Positions 13,303 to 26,410 of a DNA stretch of 64,000 nt are shown one piece after another. The notes beneath the pieces were generated by a model, which had not been told where the DNA came from, did not search any database, and was given only the letters and a program-made list of their open reading frames with translations. How positions within the stretch are numbered: position 1 is the first letter of the stretch; each line of letters starts with the position of its first letter. A program made the translations under genes and the position numbers. Source of the DNA: Octopus sinensis (lineage: Eukaryota). Location: NCBI RefSeq assembly GCF_006345805.1, contig NC_043001.1, positions 50,282,001 to 50,346,000 on the forward strand, in the 5' to 3' direction.

Positions 13303-13323
13303 GCAGTATTATTATTATTATTA

Positions 13324-13367
<44 letters not shown>

Positions 13368-13872
13368 GAGTGAGAGAGCAGTTCATGCCATCAAAGTGAC
13401 ACTGGGGTAAAATATACGAAGCCCAATATACCCATCATGACTACCCGTCTGATAAAGGTACACCAGGCACATGCATCACAACCATATGTGCGCGACATGG
13501 TGATCTCATATCAAGATAAACAGCACATGACCTTGCAGGTGGGGCCCAGTTAGAATTTTCTTCAGGTTGAGTAGCCCATCCCGCTCAAACGGTCCCTGAA
13601 TAAGGGTTGTTTAAGGATGTTGAAAGAACCACCCATGTTTCCAGAGGTGAACTATTCAAACCCCAAAGAATCCCTCTCAACACATGGCTATGATGCTCCC
13701 CCACTACTTCTGCTCGTGATCAGAGATGCACATATCGTCAACCACTAAGGGACATGCTCAACTGGTTAAGGTCAAACAACTGACAAGCAAATCTGTGGTA
13801 TGGAGCAGAATATTTGCTGTAGCCCATCTTTTATACCAAGACAAAACAATGTACATGATAACACTTCCAATC
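13368..13872 (-). mobile_element. Same non-coding retroposon, part of an 807-bp tandem duplication
   Basis: Appears identical to 12561-13065, with duplicated flanks. Confidence 0.75.
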
Positions 13873-13873
13873 A

Positions 13874-13910
<37 letters not shown>

Positions 13911-13986
13911 GTTATTATTATTATTATTACCACTGCCTCTACTACTGCTGATAGTGATATTGCTGATGCCACTACAACTGCTGCTG

Positions 13987-14055
<69 letters not shown>

Positions 14056-14057
<2 letters not shown>

Positions 14058-14445
14058 GCTGAAGACTAAAACAATACCTGTTGTCATAGGTGCTCTGGGA
14101 ATGATAGCGAAAGGGACTAATTGCTACCTAACTCAGATACCGGGAAACCCCAAAATGGCAGAAATTCAAAAGATAGTGCTCATGGGAACTGCTCATATCC
14201 TACGCAAAATACTCTCTATGTAATCCCAAGGTTTAAAACAAACTTTTTTTTATTTATTTATTTTATTTTATTTTATTTTATTTTTTTTTTTATGTATTAG
14301 ACATTCACTAGTACAACACCAAAAAAAAAATAAATAAATAAACCCAAATATATAGCACAGAACTTCCAACCTGTTGTCTCTTGAGGTCTCTGGGTGAGAC
14401 TTGGAGCCAACTTGTACAGACATAAAGCAAAAGTCAAACATAAAA
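14056..14445 (+). mobile_element. R4/Dong-like family A, short 3' fragment
   Basis: KLKTKTIPVVIGALGMI...IQKIVLMGTAHILRKILSM* plus a 3' UTR matching 21540-21925; (AAT)n on both sides. Confidence 0.85.
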
Positions 14446-14466
14446 TAATAATAATAATAATAACAA

Positions 14467-16332
14467 TAAGCAAAGAAAACCAAACCTGGAGAAGTAAAAT
14501 TGAAAAAGAGATTGAATTTATGAGAGGGGAAATATCAATATTAAATGAACTAATATGTGGAAATGATGTAAGATCCAGAACAGGAAGAAAGATGAAGAGA
14601 AAATTTGGATCCTCACCAAGAGAAGAACTGATATCAATAAAAGAAATGCTGAAACAAAAAGTCCAAGAAAAAGCCCAAAGAATACGAAGATTTGAGAAGA
14701 GAAACAAGTTTTACAAGCAAAATAAGCTGTTCACATCCAATGCCAAAAAATTCTACAGAGAAATAGGGAAGGAGAAAGTAACCGTTAAAGACCCCCCTCC
14801 CATGGAAGAAGTTCAAAACTTTTGGAAAAGGATTTGGAGTGACAAGAAGACGTACAACATGCAGACTGGATTATACAAACTGAAGGATCCTACCAAAATT
14901 TACAACAACAAGCATGGGAAGCAGACCTAAGAAAGGCACTCACAAGGCCCATAATTGGAAATCTCCCGGTAAAGATAGGGTGCCGAATTTCTGGCTCGCA
15001 TCGCTCCCATGCGCACATGGTAAGCTCGTTCAGCTGCTCAATGGAATTATGAGAGACCCAAAGAAAACACCTGAATGGTTAGCAAGTGGTATTACTTACC
15101 TACTCCCAAAGAATAACGAAATCAACCTTCCAAAAAACTATCGGCCTATAACCTGTCTATCTACCACGTATAAAATCCTAACATCTATCCTGGCGGAGAA
15201 AACATGCATTCATGGAGAAGAACGATATTTTCCCCATTGAACAAAAAGGGTGCCGCCGAGGCTCATACGGATGCAAAGATCAACTGCTAATTAATCGTAT
15301 GATCCTCGAGAACTGTCACAACAAGCGCAGAAATCTCAGCTCCGCATGGATTGACTATAAAAAGGTCTTCGACAGTATACCGCATCCATGGATCTTGAGA
15401 TCGCTGGACATCTTCAAAATTTCCCCTGTGATTTCAAGCTTCCTGAAGCACAATATGTCGTTGTGGAATACGAATCTCCAATTATACCACTCTAATGGAG
15501 TACTTGCCTCAGAAAATATAAACATCAACTGTGGAATTTTTCAAGGTGACTCACTTTCACCTTTAATATTCTGCATAGCCCTAATACCCCTTACAAGTGA
15601 ATTAAACAGAACAGGGTATGGGTATAAAATTGCCAATAAAAAAATAAGCCATCTATTTTATATGGATGACTTAAAACTCTATAGTAAAGACAATAATGAA
15701 CTTGAAGGCCTATTGCGCACTGTGAAAGCATTCAGCGATGACATCGAGATGGAGTTTGGACTTGAGAAGTGTGCCAAGGCCACTTTCCAGAAAGGGAAAG
15801 TGAAGACCACAAATTCAGTCGTGTTAGATGTTGACACAGTCATAAGAGAGCTTGAGCAAGAACAAACATACAAATATTCAGGGATAAATGAAGGCTCTGA
15901 TCTTGAAATAGAAATCAGCAAAATGTGGAAGCTGAAGACTAAAACAATACCTGTTGTCATAGGTACCCTGGGAATGATAGCAAAAGGGGCTGATTGCTAC
16001 CTAACTCAGATACCAGGAAACCCCAAAATGGCAGAAATTCAAAAGAGAGTGCTCATGGGAACTGTTCATATCCTACGTAAAATACTTTCTCTGTAATCTC
16101 AAGTTTTAAAACAAACATAATTTTTGTATTTTTTTAGACATTCACTAGTAGAGCACTAAATACAAAACCAAATATATGGTACACTAGGCATAACAACAAC
16201 ATGAACTTCCAACCTGTTGTCTCTTGAGGTCTATGGGTGAGACTTGGAGCCACCTTGTACAAATATAAAGCAAAAGTCAAACATAGAATAATAATAATGA
16301 TAATGATGATAATAATAATAATAATAATAATG

Positions 16333-16403
<71 letters not shown>

Positions 16404-18085
16404 TTGAAGGCCTATTGCGCACCGTGAAAGCATTCAGCGATGACATCGGGATGGAGTTTGGACTTGAGAAGTGTGCCAAGGCCACTTTCCAGAAAGGGAA
16501 AGTGAAGACCACAAATTCAGTCGTGTTAGATGTTGACACAGTCATAAGAGAGCTTGAGCAAGAACAAACATACAAATATTTAGGGATAAATGAAGGCTCT
16601 GGTATTCAGCATGCAAGCATGAAAGAGAAAATCAGGAAGGAATGTTATAGGAGAATTCGTGCAGTCCTGAAATCTGAACTAAATGCACGTAACAAGGTGT
16701 TAGCTATAAATTCCTTAGCAGTTCCAGTTGTTACTTTAGAGCTACAATGTGTTGAACTGGAATATGAGTGAAGTAAAGAATATAGATAGGAAAATACGCA
16801 AGCTGCTGAGTTGTAATAGGATGCACCGCCCAAAGGCAGACGTAGATCGCCTTTACCTTCCCAGAGCCCAAGGAGGTCGAGGCCTGATCCAATTTGAACT
16901 AGCTTACAAAACAACCACAATTGGACTGGCCAAATATCTTGAAATAACGAATGACTGGATGCTAAAGCTCGTGGAAAATCACGAGAGACGAAAGAAGCTT
17001 CATTCTATCATAAAGGAAAGCAAAAAATTTGCTATTGATCTCGTGCAGGATACCCAAACTGAACAACCCGAGGGAAGTACGGCAACTATTGTTGCAAAGA
17101 AGGTGAAAATAATGACAACGAAAAAAGCGCACGAGCAATTGGCTTATAGGTGGGGGGAGAAACCTCTGCACGGCAAATATGTGGCCCGCAGCAAACAAGC
17201 TGATGTTGACCAGAAGCAAACCGATCAGTGGCTACGGAGCTCAGGGCTAAAAGCAGAGAGCGAAGGTTTCATCCTGGCTGCTCAAGATCAAAGCCTATTA
17301 ACCCGGAACTACCAGGCCAATGTGATGAAAAATGGAGCAGACCCAAAATGCCGATTCTGCAACGACATGATTGAAACAGTGGACCACCTAATCTCTGGAT
17401 GTGAAGTCTTAGCACCAGTGGAGTATAAATTAAGACATGACAGAGTTGGCCAATATCTACACTGGCTAATAAGTCGGCATTGCAATATCAAAACTGCCGA
17501 CAAGTAGTATAATCACCACCCTGAAGCTGTAACGGAAGGAGAAAATGTAACGATTCTGTGGGACTTTCCAGTACATACAGACCGAACCATCAAAGCCAAT
17601 AAACCAGATATTGTTGTGAAAGACCAAAACAATAAAGTTTGCTTATTGATCGACATGAGCATCCCCTGTGATCATAATATCTCAGCGAAAGAGTTTGACA
17701 AGCTCAGAAAATATAAAGACCTACTCATTGAAATTGAGAAAATGTGGCATCTCAAGGCGGTTACAATACCAGTGATCGTAGGAGCACTAGGAATGATCAA
17801 GAAGGGAACCGAAAATTATATGAGAATGATCCCTGGCTTACCATTCCTGCAAGAAGTGCAAAAGATTGTCTTAACTGGTACATCACACGTATTGAGAAGA
17901 GCATTGTCGATGTGAGGACTATTACTACCCATGTATTTTAATTTAACTTAAAAATTTTTTTTTTTAAATGAATGAACTATTGAGTTTAGTTTAATGGCCT
18001 ACCAATGTATACTATGAGTTTCTTTGCCCTAGGAGTCGGGAAGACACTCGGCAAGAAATGGAAGCAAATTTGAAAGAAAAAAAAA
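14467..18085 (+). mobile_element. R4/Dong-like family B non-LTR retrotransposon (RT + CCHC + restriction-like endonuclease), interrupted and frameshifted
   Basis: NYRPITCLSTTYK, WIDYKKVFDS, GIFQGDSLSPL, YMDDLKLY, CRFC..ETVDHLISGC, RHDRVG, KPDIVVKD, KYKDL; 3' UTR then (AAT)n. Confidence 0.9.
15901..16401 (+). mobile_element. R4/Dong-like family A 3' fragment nested in the family B element
   Basis: LEIEISKMWKLKTKTIPVVIG...RKILSL* with family A 3' UTR and (AAT)n tail; flanked by a ~200-bp direct duplication. Confidence 0.85.
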
Positions 18086-18100
18086 ATAATAATAATAAGG

Positions 18101-18193
<93 letters not shown>

Positions 18194-18194
18194 G

Positions 18195-19205
18195 TAATAA
18201 TTAGATGAAGAATCTGAAACTACTGCCACCAAACAAACAAAAACGGATCAAACAGACAACAAGAAAGAGCGGGCAGAAACAAACTGAGGAGCAGTGGAGC
18301 CAGAAGCCTCTGCATAGCCAGTATATACTTCGAAACCGAAATGCTGATGTAGACCAAGCAACAACCCATCAGTGACCGAGAAGCTCAGTACTGAAAGCAG
18401 AGATTGAAGGTTTCTTATTAGCGGCACAAAATCAAAGCTTGCTTACAAAAACTGCTAGGCTAACGTTCTTCAAAAACATTCTGACTCTAAATGCAGATTC
18501 TGCAATAAATTTGATGAAACAATAGACCGTCTCGTCTCGGGATGTCCTGTGCTGACACCAAACGAATACAAAAGTCGCCACGATAGGGTAGGATAGTATT
18601 TACATTGGAAAATATGTAAACACTACAAAATCATCACTCCTGCTTATTGATATGAACATCATCCTGAGCCAGACGTTGAAGGTAAAATTGTTACTATCCT
18701 CTGGGATTTACCAGTCAACACCGACAGAACGAGCCAGGCTAATCTACCAGACATAGTCATTAGAGATTGAGAAGAAAATATTTGTAGGCTGATAGATGAT
18801 AAAAATATATCTGTGAAGGAATTTGACAAATTAAGTAAATGTAAGGACCTGGAAATTGAAATACAAAAGATGTGACATCTTAAAGCGAGAACTGTTCCTG
18901 TTATTGTGGGTGCCCTAGGGATGATTAAAAAGAGATGTCGGAAAGATCTAGTCAATATCCCAGGAGAACCATATACCAGAAAAAAACTAAAAGATTGTGC
19001 TGACAAGTACTGCCCACATCCTTAGAAAAAAACCCTATTCATTTAAATGTCTGTGTTGTACTAAATGAAGATCTTTCGCTACTGTCCCTGCCACTTCCTC
19101 TCCCCAAACTTTCAGTCATACTGTAACATCTCTTATCCTTCACTCGCTCTAGGATGCTGGGAGTGTCTCAGTAAGTGACTGTAACAAGCATGCAGACTAA
19201 AAATA

Positions 19206-19210
<5 letters not shown>
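18195..19210 (+). mobile_element. Degenerate R4/Dong-like family C 3' portion
   Basis: Broken LKAEIEGFLLAAQ, CRFC..DETIDRLVSGC, RHDRVG and PDIVI motifs; distinct 3' UTR then (AAT)n. Confidence 0.8.
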
Positions 19211-19240
<30 letters not shown>

Positions 19241-19253
19241 CAACAACAACAAA

Positions 19254-19296
<43 letters not shown>

Positions 19297-19817
19297 GGCT
19301 TCTGATCTTAACTGATTGGAAGTGTTATCATGTACATTGTTTTGTCTTGGTATAAAAGATGGGCTACAGCAAATATTCTGCTCAATACCACAGATTTGCT
19401 TGTCAGTTGTTTGACCTTAACCAGTTGAGCATGTCCCTTAGTGGCTGACGATATGTGCATCTCTGATCACGAGCAGAAGTAGTGGGGGAGCATCATAGCC
19501 ATGTGTTGAGAGGGATTCTTTGGGGTTTGAATAGTTCACCTCTGGAAACATGGGTGGTTCTTTCAACATCCTTAAGCAACCCTTATTCAGGGACCGTTTG
19601 AGCGGGATGGCTACTCAACCTGAAGAAAATTCTAACTGGGCCCCACCTGCAAGGTCATGTGCTGTTTATCTTGATATGAGATCACCATGTCGCGCACATA
19701 TGGTTGTGATGCATGTGCCTGGTGTACCTTTATCAGACGGGTAGTCATGATGGGTATATTGGGCTTCGTATATTTTACCCCAGTGTCACTTTGATGGCAT
19801 GAACTGCTCTCTCACTC
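19297..19817 (+). mobile_element. Non-coding (AAT)n-associated retroposon copy
   Basis: Matches 26460-26980; preceded and followed by (AAT)n. Confidence 0.75.
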
Positions 19818-19825
19818 AATAATAA

Positions 19826-21925
19826 TAACAATAACGACACAAACTACACAAAAACTTATCAATAGCCTGGATAGACTATAAAAAGGCTGGATTAGGAAAT
19901 GCCTGGAAATGTATAAGATAGCACCTACTCTGCGAAACTTCTTGACTGTTAGTATGAGATCATGGAGAACCACACTAACTCTGAACAGTGACAATGAATC
20001 CCTAAATGCTGGTGATGTAAAAATTTCGTGCGGCATTTTCCAGGGTGACTCACTGTCACCACTCCTCTTTTGTTTATCCTTACTACCTCTCTCAAAGCTG
20101 CTCAATGACGCGCAGTACGGGTATAAAATGTTTGATAAAAATATAAATCATCTCATTTACATGGATGATTTAAAGCCTTTTGCAAAAAATGACCAACAAC
20201 TCAAGGGCTTACTAGCGATAGTCAAACAATTCAGTGACGACATCAGAATGCAATTCGGCCTCGATAAATGTGCAAAAGCTACCTTTATCAAAGGAAAAAT
20301 GACAGAAACATCTAACGTTAACCTTGACTAGCAGAATGTCATAAAAGAACTAGACCCAGCGGAGAGCTACAAGTACCTAGGGGTAATTGAAGGGAACGGA
20401 ATAAGGCATTCAGAGATGAAGGAAAGGATCAGGAGAGAATGCTATAGAAGAGTGAGAGCAATACTCAAGACAGAGCTGAATGCAAGAAACAGGATCGAAG
20501 CGATCAATGCATTAGCCATACCAGTCGTGACTTACAGTTTCAATAGTGTTAACTGGTCAATTACTGAAATATGTCAGCTCGACAGAAAAATAAGGAAACT
20601 GTTGACAATGCATAGAATGCACCACCCTAAGGCATATACAGAACGACTCTATCTGCCAAGAAAAGAGGGAGGCCGTGGTCTTTTGCAACTGGCAATAACA
20701 ATGAAGATTGCTACAATTGGCCTAGACACCTACCTGAAAAACTCTGAGGACTGGATGTTAAAACTTGTCTCAAAACATGAAAACAAGAAAGCATCATATT
20801 CAGTCACAAAACAGGCAAAGGAATATCTAAGTGAATTCCGAATACAGCCAATTTCGGAATTAGAGATAGACATACAAGAAACAAGCACAGAAAAAGCTAG
20901 GCGCATGAAAACCCGTGCCAAAACTGCGGCCTTAGATATGTCTGAATAATAAATGGCAAGAAAAACCTCTCTATGGCTAATACCTAAAGAGAGCGAATAA
21001 TGCAGATATCGACAAAGCCCTGACCCATCAATGGCTAATGGCCTCTGGCTTAAAATCTGAAACAGAGGGGTTTATCATAGCAGCTCAAGATCAATGCCTA
21101 CCAACAAGAAACTACCAGGCCAACATATTAAAGAACGGCAGTAGCCCAACATGTCGTGTATGCCGACAACAAAATGAAACCATTGATCATGTTGTCTCCA
21201 AATGCAGTCTTCTAGCGCCTACAGAGTATCTCAACAGGCATGATAGAGCTGCACAATATATTCACTGGGTAATTTGCAAAAACCTGGATTTGCCCCATGA
21301 AAAAAAACTGGTGGGAACACAATCCACCTCCAGTGCTTGAAAATGACCACATCTCACTCCTCTGGAACTTCACCATTCAAACTGACAGGAAGATAGATGC
21401 AAATAGGCCAGACATCATATTGAAAGACTTCAGACAAAGAACATGCCTCCTCATTGATATGACTGTCCCAATCGATATAAACGTATCTGTCAAGACCTAC
21501 CAAAAACTGAGCAAATCTTGAAATAGAAATCAGCAAAATGTGGAAGCTGAAGACTAAAACAATACCTGTTGTCATAGGTGCCCTGGGAATGATAGCAAAA
21601 GGGGCTGATAGCTACCTAACTCAGATACCAGGAAACCCCAAAATGGCAGAAATTCAAAAGATAGTGCTCATGGGAACTGCTCATATCCTACGCAAAATAC
21701 TCTCTATGTAATCCCAAGGTTTAAAACAAATTTTTTTTTTTTATTTTATTTTTTTATTTAAAAAAAATTTTTTTTATGTATTAGACATTCACTAGTACAA
21801 CCCCGCCCCCCAAAAAAACAAAAACCAAATATATGGCACAGAACTTCCAACCTGTTGTCTCTTGAGGTCTCTGGGTGAGACTTGGAGCCAACTTGTACAG
21901 ACATAAAGCAAAAGTCAAACATAGA
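19826..21925 (+). mobile_element. R4/Dong-like family A, 5'-truncated
   Basis: GIFQGDSLSPLL, YMDDLK, CRVC..ETIDHVVSKC, RHD and RPDIILKD motifs with stops; 3' UTR then (AAT)n. Confidence 0.9.
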
Positions 21926-21944
21926 ATAATAATAATAATAATAG

Positions 21945-24330
21945 GAAACTGATGACGAGCATCATATCAAACTGCCTCTATAAGTGCCTCAATGATAAGA
22001 CCTAATCGATAACACTGTCCAAGCTGACTGAAAGAAGAGACACAAAAATTTGGCGATGGCATGGATGGACTACATGGCATGAGTAGACATGGTCTCATCC
22101 TCGTGGATTATTGAAGGCCTTAAACTGCTTAAGGTCTTCCACAAGATCCTGAAGGCGGAGAGCTGGCAGAAACGTTAGCACACCGGGCGAAATGCTTAGC
22201 GGTATTTTGTCTGCCGTTACGTTCTGAGTTCAAATTCCACCGAGGTTGACTTTGCCTTTCATCCTTTCGGGGTCGATAAATTAAGTACCAGTTACACACG
22301 GGGTCGATGTAATCGACTTAATCCCCTTGTTTGTCCCTGTTTATCTCCTCTATGTTTATCCCCTTGTGGGCAATAAAGAAATAAGAATCGTTAGCACGCC
22401 GGACAAAACGATTAGCGATATTTCGCCTATCTTTACGTTCTGAGTTCAAATTCTGCCGAGGTCGAGTTTACCTTTCATCCTTTCGGGGTCGATAAATTAA
22501 GTACCAGTTGCGTACAGGGGTCGGTCTATTCGACCCCAAACTTTCGGGCTTTATGCCTAGAGTAGAAACGAATATCCTGAAGTTAATACAAAATTCAATG
22601 ACAATGTAGCGAACTGAACTCACAGCATGGGGAGATAAGCTGGGTGAGGTAAATATCAAAAGAGGAATCTCTCAAGGGGACACTTTGTCGCCTTTCCTAT
22701 TTGCTATCTGCATACTACCACTAACGAGCGTTTTAAGAAAGATGCCTGTGGGGTACATACTAGGCAGGATGAAAGTAAACAACCCGTGGTTTATGGATGA
22801 CCTAAAGCTATTCGCTAAGACCGAGAAAGAAATTGAGAGTTTGATGGCAACAGTGCAGATAAGTAGCAAAGATATTGGCATGGAATTTGGGTGCAATGAT
22901 TCTCAAAAGGAGAAATTCAGTAAAAGCCATGGGATCAAGCTGGTAAGTGGTGAAACTATAAATGAAGTCGGAGAAAAGGGGTATAAGCACTTGGGAATCA
23001 TTGAAAGAGATAAGATGAATGAATACAAGATGAAAGAAATGAACAGGAAAGAGTATTTGACGGGAACTCAGCTTGTGCCCCAATCAGAGCTAAATGGTTG
23101 CTATAAGATTACAGCTATTAATATGTGGGCGGTTGTTTTGATGAGATATGGGGCAGGAATAGTATCTTGGAAGAAGCATGGATTACAAGCGATAGACTGA
23201 ACACGCAAATTAATGGCAATGAACAAGGAACTACACTCCAAGAGTAATGTATCAAGATTGTATGTAAAGAGGAAAGAAGGAGAACGGGTATAGGTGTATT
23301 GTGAAGGTTGTGTAAGGGAAGAGGAGAATAGCCTGGCTTTGTATGTCAAGGGATGTAATGAAGAAATTATTGAAGCAGTGAAAATGCAGGGTATCTTAAA
23401 AGTGAACGAAGCCGTTATTCCAACACAATTTAAGAAAGATCAGAGAGAGTAGATGAAGAAAATTTGGCAGGAAAAGAAAATGCATAGTCAGTTCTTGAAG
23501 AATAAAGATGAGATTGACTGGAATAGAACCTGACAATGGCCGCGGAAAGGATACTGAAAAAAGCCTACGGAGGCATTAGTGCGCAGCGATCAAGAACAAG
23601 CTCTCAGAACAAACTACTCCAAATATCGCATTGATAAAAGAAGACTTGCTACAGTGCAGGATGTGCTCTGAGAAGGGAGAAAGTATAAGCCATATTGTTA
23701 GTGAGTGTTGTTAGCTCGCACAACGCGAATACAAAAGGAGACATGACAATGTGGCCAGATATGTCCACTGGCTGTTGTGCGGTAAAGCAAACCTCGAGAG
23801 AGTCGATCAATGGTATGAACACAAGCCAGAGGGAGTAATGGAAAATGAACATTACAAAATAATCTGGGATTTTAACATGCAGTGCGACCAAGTCATAGAG
23901 GCGAAACGACCAGATATCGTACTTATCCATAAAGACGAAAAAGAAGTAAAGATAATAGACGTTGTAATACCAGGCGATTCGAGGGTGAAATATTAGGAAA
24001 CAGAAAAGACTGAGAAATACTAGCCACTGCGGAACGAGATAGAAAAGGTATGGGGCATGAGGAAGGCGATGGTGATACCGGTGGTAAATGGAGCGTTAGG
24101 AACAGTTTCCAAGGGCTTTGAAAAACATATTAAGAATATTGGAGCTGCTGCCAGGCTCTAGGTGATTCATAAGACAGCATCGTTGGGTACAGCTCGCATT
24201 CTAAGGAGTGTATTTTGTCTTTGAGTCACAGGAGAAGGCACTACTTAAGACCTTTGGTGACTTGTTATTGCTTACTTTCAAGTAAAGAACAACCGGCAAT
24301 TAAGAACTATCCGTGAGTCTTCCAGAATAA
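21945..24330 (+). mobile_element. Degenerate R4/Dong-like family D, interrupted by SINEs
   Basis: MAWMDY, GISQGDTLSPFLF, FMDDLKLF, HIVSECC, RHDNVARYVHW and KRPDIVLIH pieces. Confidence 0.8.
22153..22565 (+). mobile_element. SINE family A, tandem two-unit copy
   Basis: Head aggcggagagctggcagaaacgttagcac; second unit begins ~22386 (gaatcgttagcacgccgg). Confidence 0.8.
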
Positions 24331-24479
24331 CATCATCATCAACAAAAACAACAAACCGCCGACAAAAGATCAGCCACTGGTTATTCATGGTTGACCTCAA
24401 ACTTTATGGTAAAGATGAATCCCAGGTCAGTTCTCTCGTTGATACGGGGTATACTTTCAGTTTTGAATGGAGTTCGGAC

Positions 24480-25880
24480 TGAAAAAGTTTGGTGTGTTGG
24501 TCTAGAAGAGAGGCAAAATTAAATGTACGGACAGTTAGCGATACCATCGGGGGAGGTTATGAAGCAAAGAGATATGGGCTATTAGTACTTGGGGATGTTA
24601 GGAATGGACAAATTGATGGAGAAAGATATGATAAAAAATATAAAGTTGAGTACTTGCGCAGACTGAGACTGGTTATTAAGCCGGAATTAAACGGACAGAA
24701 TAAGATTGAAGCTATCAACACCTGAGCGGTTTCACTCCTTTGATATGGAGATGGGGTAATCCGCATGGACAGTAGACGAACTAAGCAGAAAAACAAGGAA
24801 ATTGCTAGCTAGATATGGGATACTCCACCCAAAAAGTGACACAGACAGGCTGTATTTACCAAGAAAAAGAGGGGGAAGAGGACTTATTGAATGCGAACAC
24901 AGCATTAGAGCAGAAGAAAACAACATAGCATGGTATGTAAAAAATGCCACAGAACCGCAATTATTAGAAGGTTAGGCTTGTGTAGGATAGAAGATTGCAA
25001 AAATAAAGCACTGTACAAGCACTTGAGAATGAATGCAACTGAAAATAGGTGGGTAAAGAAAAGAATGCATGGTCAATGTCATACAGATGTTGAAGTAAAA
25101 CAGAGAAAAAAGATGGCTGTGGATGACTAAAAGTGATTTAAAACCGGAAACGGAGACACTAATCTGTGCTGCCCAAGAGCAAGCACTAAGAATAAACTGC
25201 ATATGATACAGAATAGACAACACACCAGAAAGTGATAAGTGCAGAATCTGTGAACAAAACGGCGAAACCGTATGGCATATACCAGCCAATGTACGCCACT
25301 AGCCCAGAAGGAATATAAGAGACGTCACGACAATATAGCCAGACTAGTCCATTGGACACTTTGACAGAGCAAAATAGTGGTACGATCACGAACCTGAAGG
25401 CATCGTCGAAAATAGAAATGAAAGACACTATGGGAGTTTATGATTCAATGCGACCATGAGGTAGAGAAGAGGAAGCCAGACATTGTCTTAATTGAGAAAG
25501 AAAACAAACTATGCTGGATCATAAGTATAGCATGCCCAGTTGACAACAAAGTATGCGATAAGAAAGAAAAGTTGAGATATATGACAGGTTAGCTTGGGTA
25601 GTTAAGCAGTTGTGATCGATGAAAAAGGTTGCAGTATTACCAATAATTGTCGGAGCCCTGGGATTAGTGAACAAAAATCTCGAGAAGTACGTGGAACAAA
25701 TAGGGGTTACAATACGGGTGGAGCACTTTCAGAAAATAGCAATGCTTGGAACTGCTTGAATACTCCGGAAGGTGCTCGAAAAATAAGGGGTGTTACCTTA
25801 GTTCACTGGTAGTGAACAGCTGACACTGTAGTACATCTCCAGCGTTAGAAGCTGGGCAAAGGCAATGATATAATAATAAT
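24480..25880 (+). mobile_element. Degenerate R4/Dong-like family E 3' portion
   Basis: ELNGQNKIEAINT, DRLYLPRKRGGRGL, LKPETETLICAAQEQAL, CRIC, RRHDNIA and KPDIVL pieces; 3' UTR then (AAT)n. Confidence 0.8.
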
Positions 25881-25890
25881 TAATAATAAC

Positions 25891-26326
25891 AAATTTTCTG
25901 ATGTAGTACCAGGCACTGGCTCTCATGGCTTCTGCTCTTAATCAGTTGAGAATGTCCCTTGATGGCTGACGATACGTGCATCTCTGACCACGAACAGAAG
26001 TAGTGGGGGAGCATCATAGCCATGCATTGAGAGGAATTATTTGGGATTTGAATAATTCACCTGTGGAAGCATAGGTGTTTCGTTCAACATCCTTGTACAC
26101 CCCTTATTCAAGGACCTTTTCAGTGGGATGGGCTACTCGACCTGAAATTCTAACAGGGTCCCACATGCGCTGTTTATCTTGATATGAACTCACCATGTCG
26201 CACACATATGGTTTTTATGCACGTGCCTGGTGTACCCATATCAAACAGGTAGTCATGATGGGTATATTGGGCTTCGTATATTTTACCCCAATGTCACTTT
26301 GATGGTATGCACAGCTCTATCAGTCA
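25891..26326 (+). mobile_element. Diverged copy of the non-coding retroposon
   Basis: Same 5' start (aaattttctgatgtagtaccaggcactgg) and 3' end as 26411-26980, with internal deletion and substitutions. Confidence 0.7.
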
Positions 26327-26390
<64 letters not shown>

Positions 26391-26410
26391 TGATTATAAT
26401 AATAATAATA

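Noticed and set aside
12919-14223. ORFs with poly-L/I/N/Y runs, including the 165-aa ORF 13726..14223
   Set aside because: Read-through of (AAT)n/(TAT)n microsatellites joining a non-coding repeat to an R4 3' fragment.
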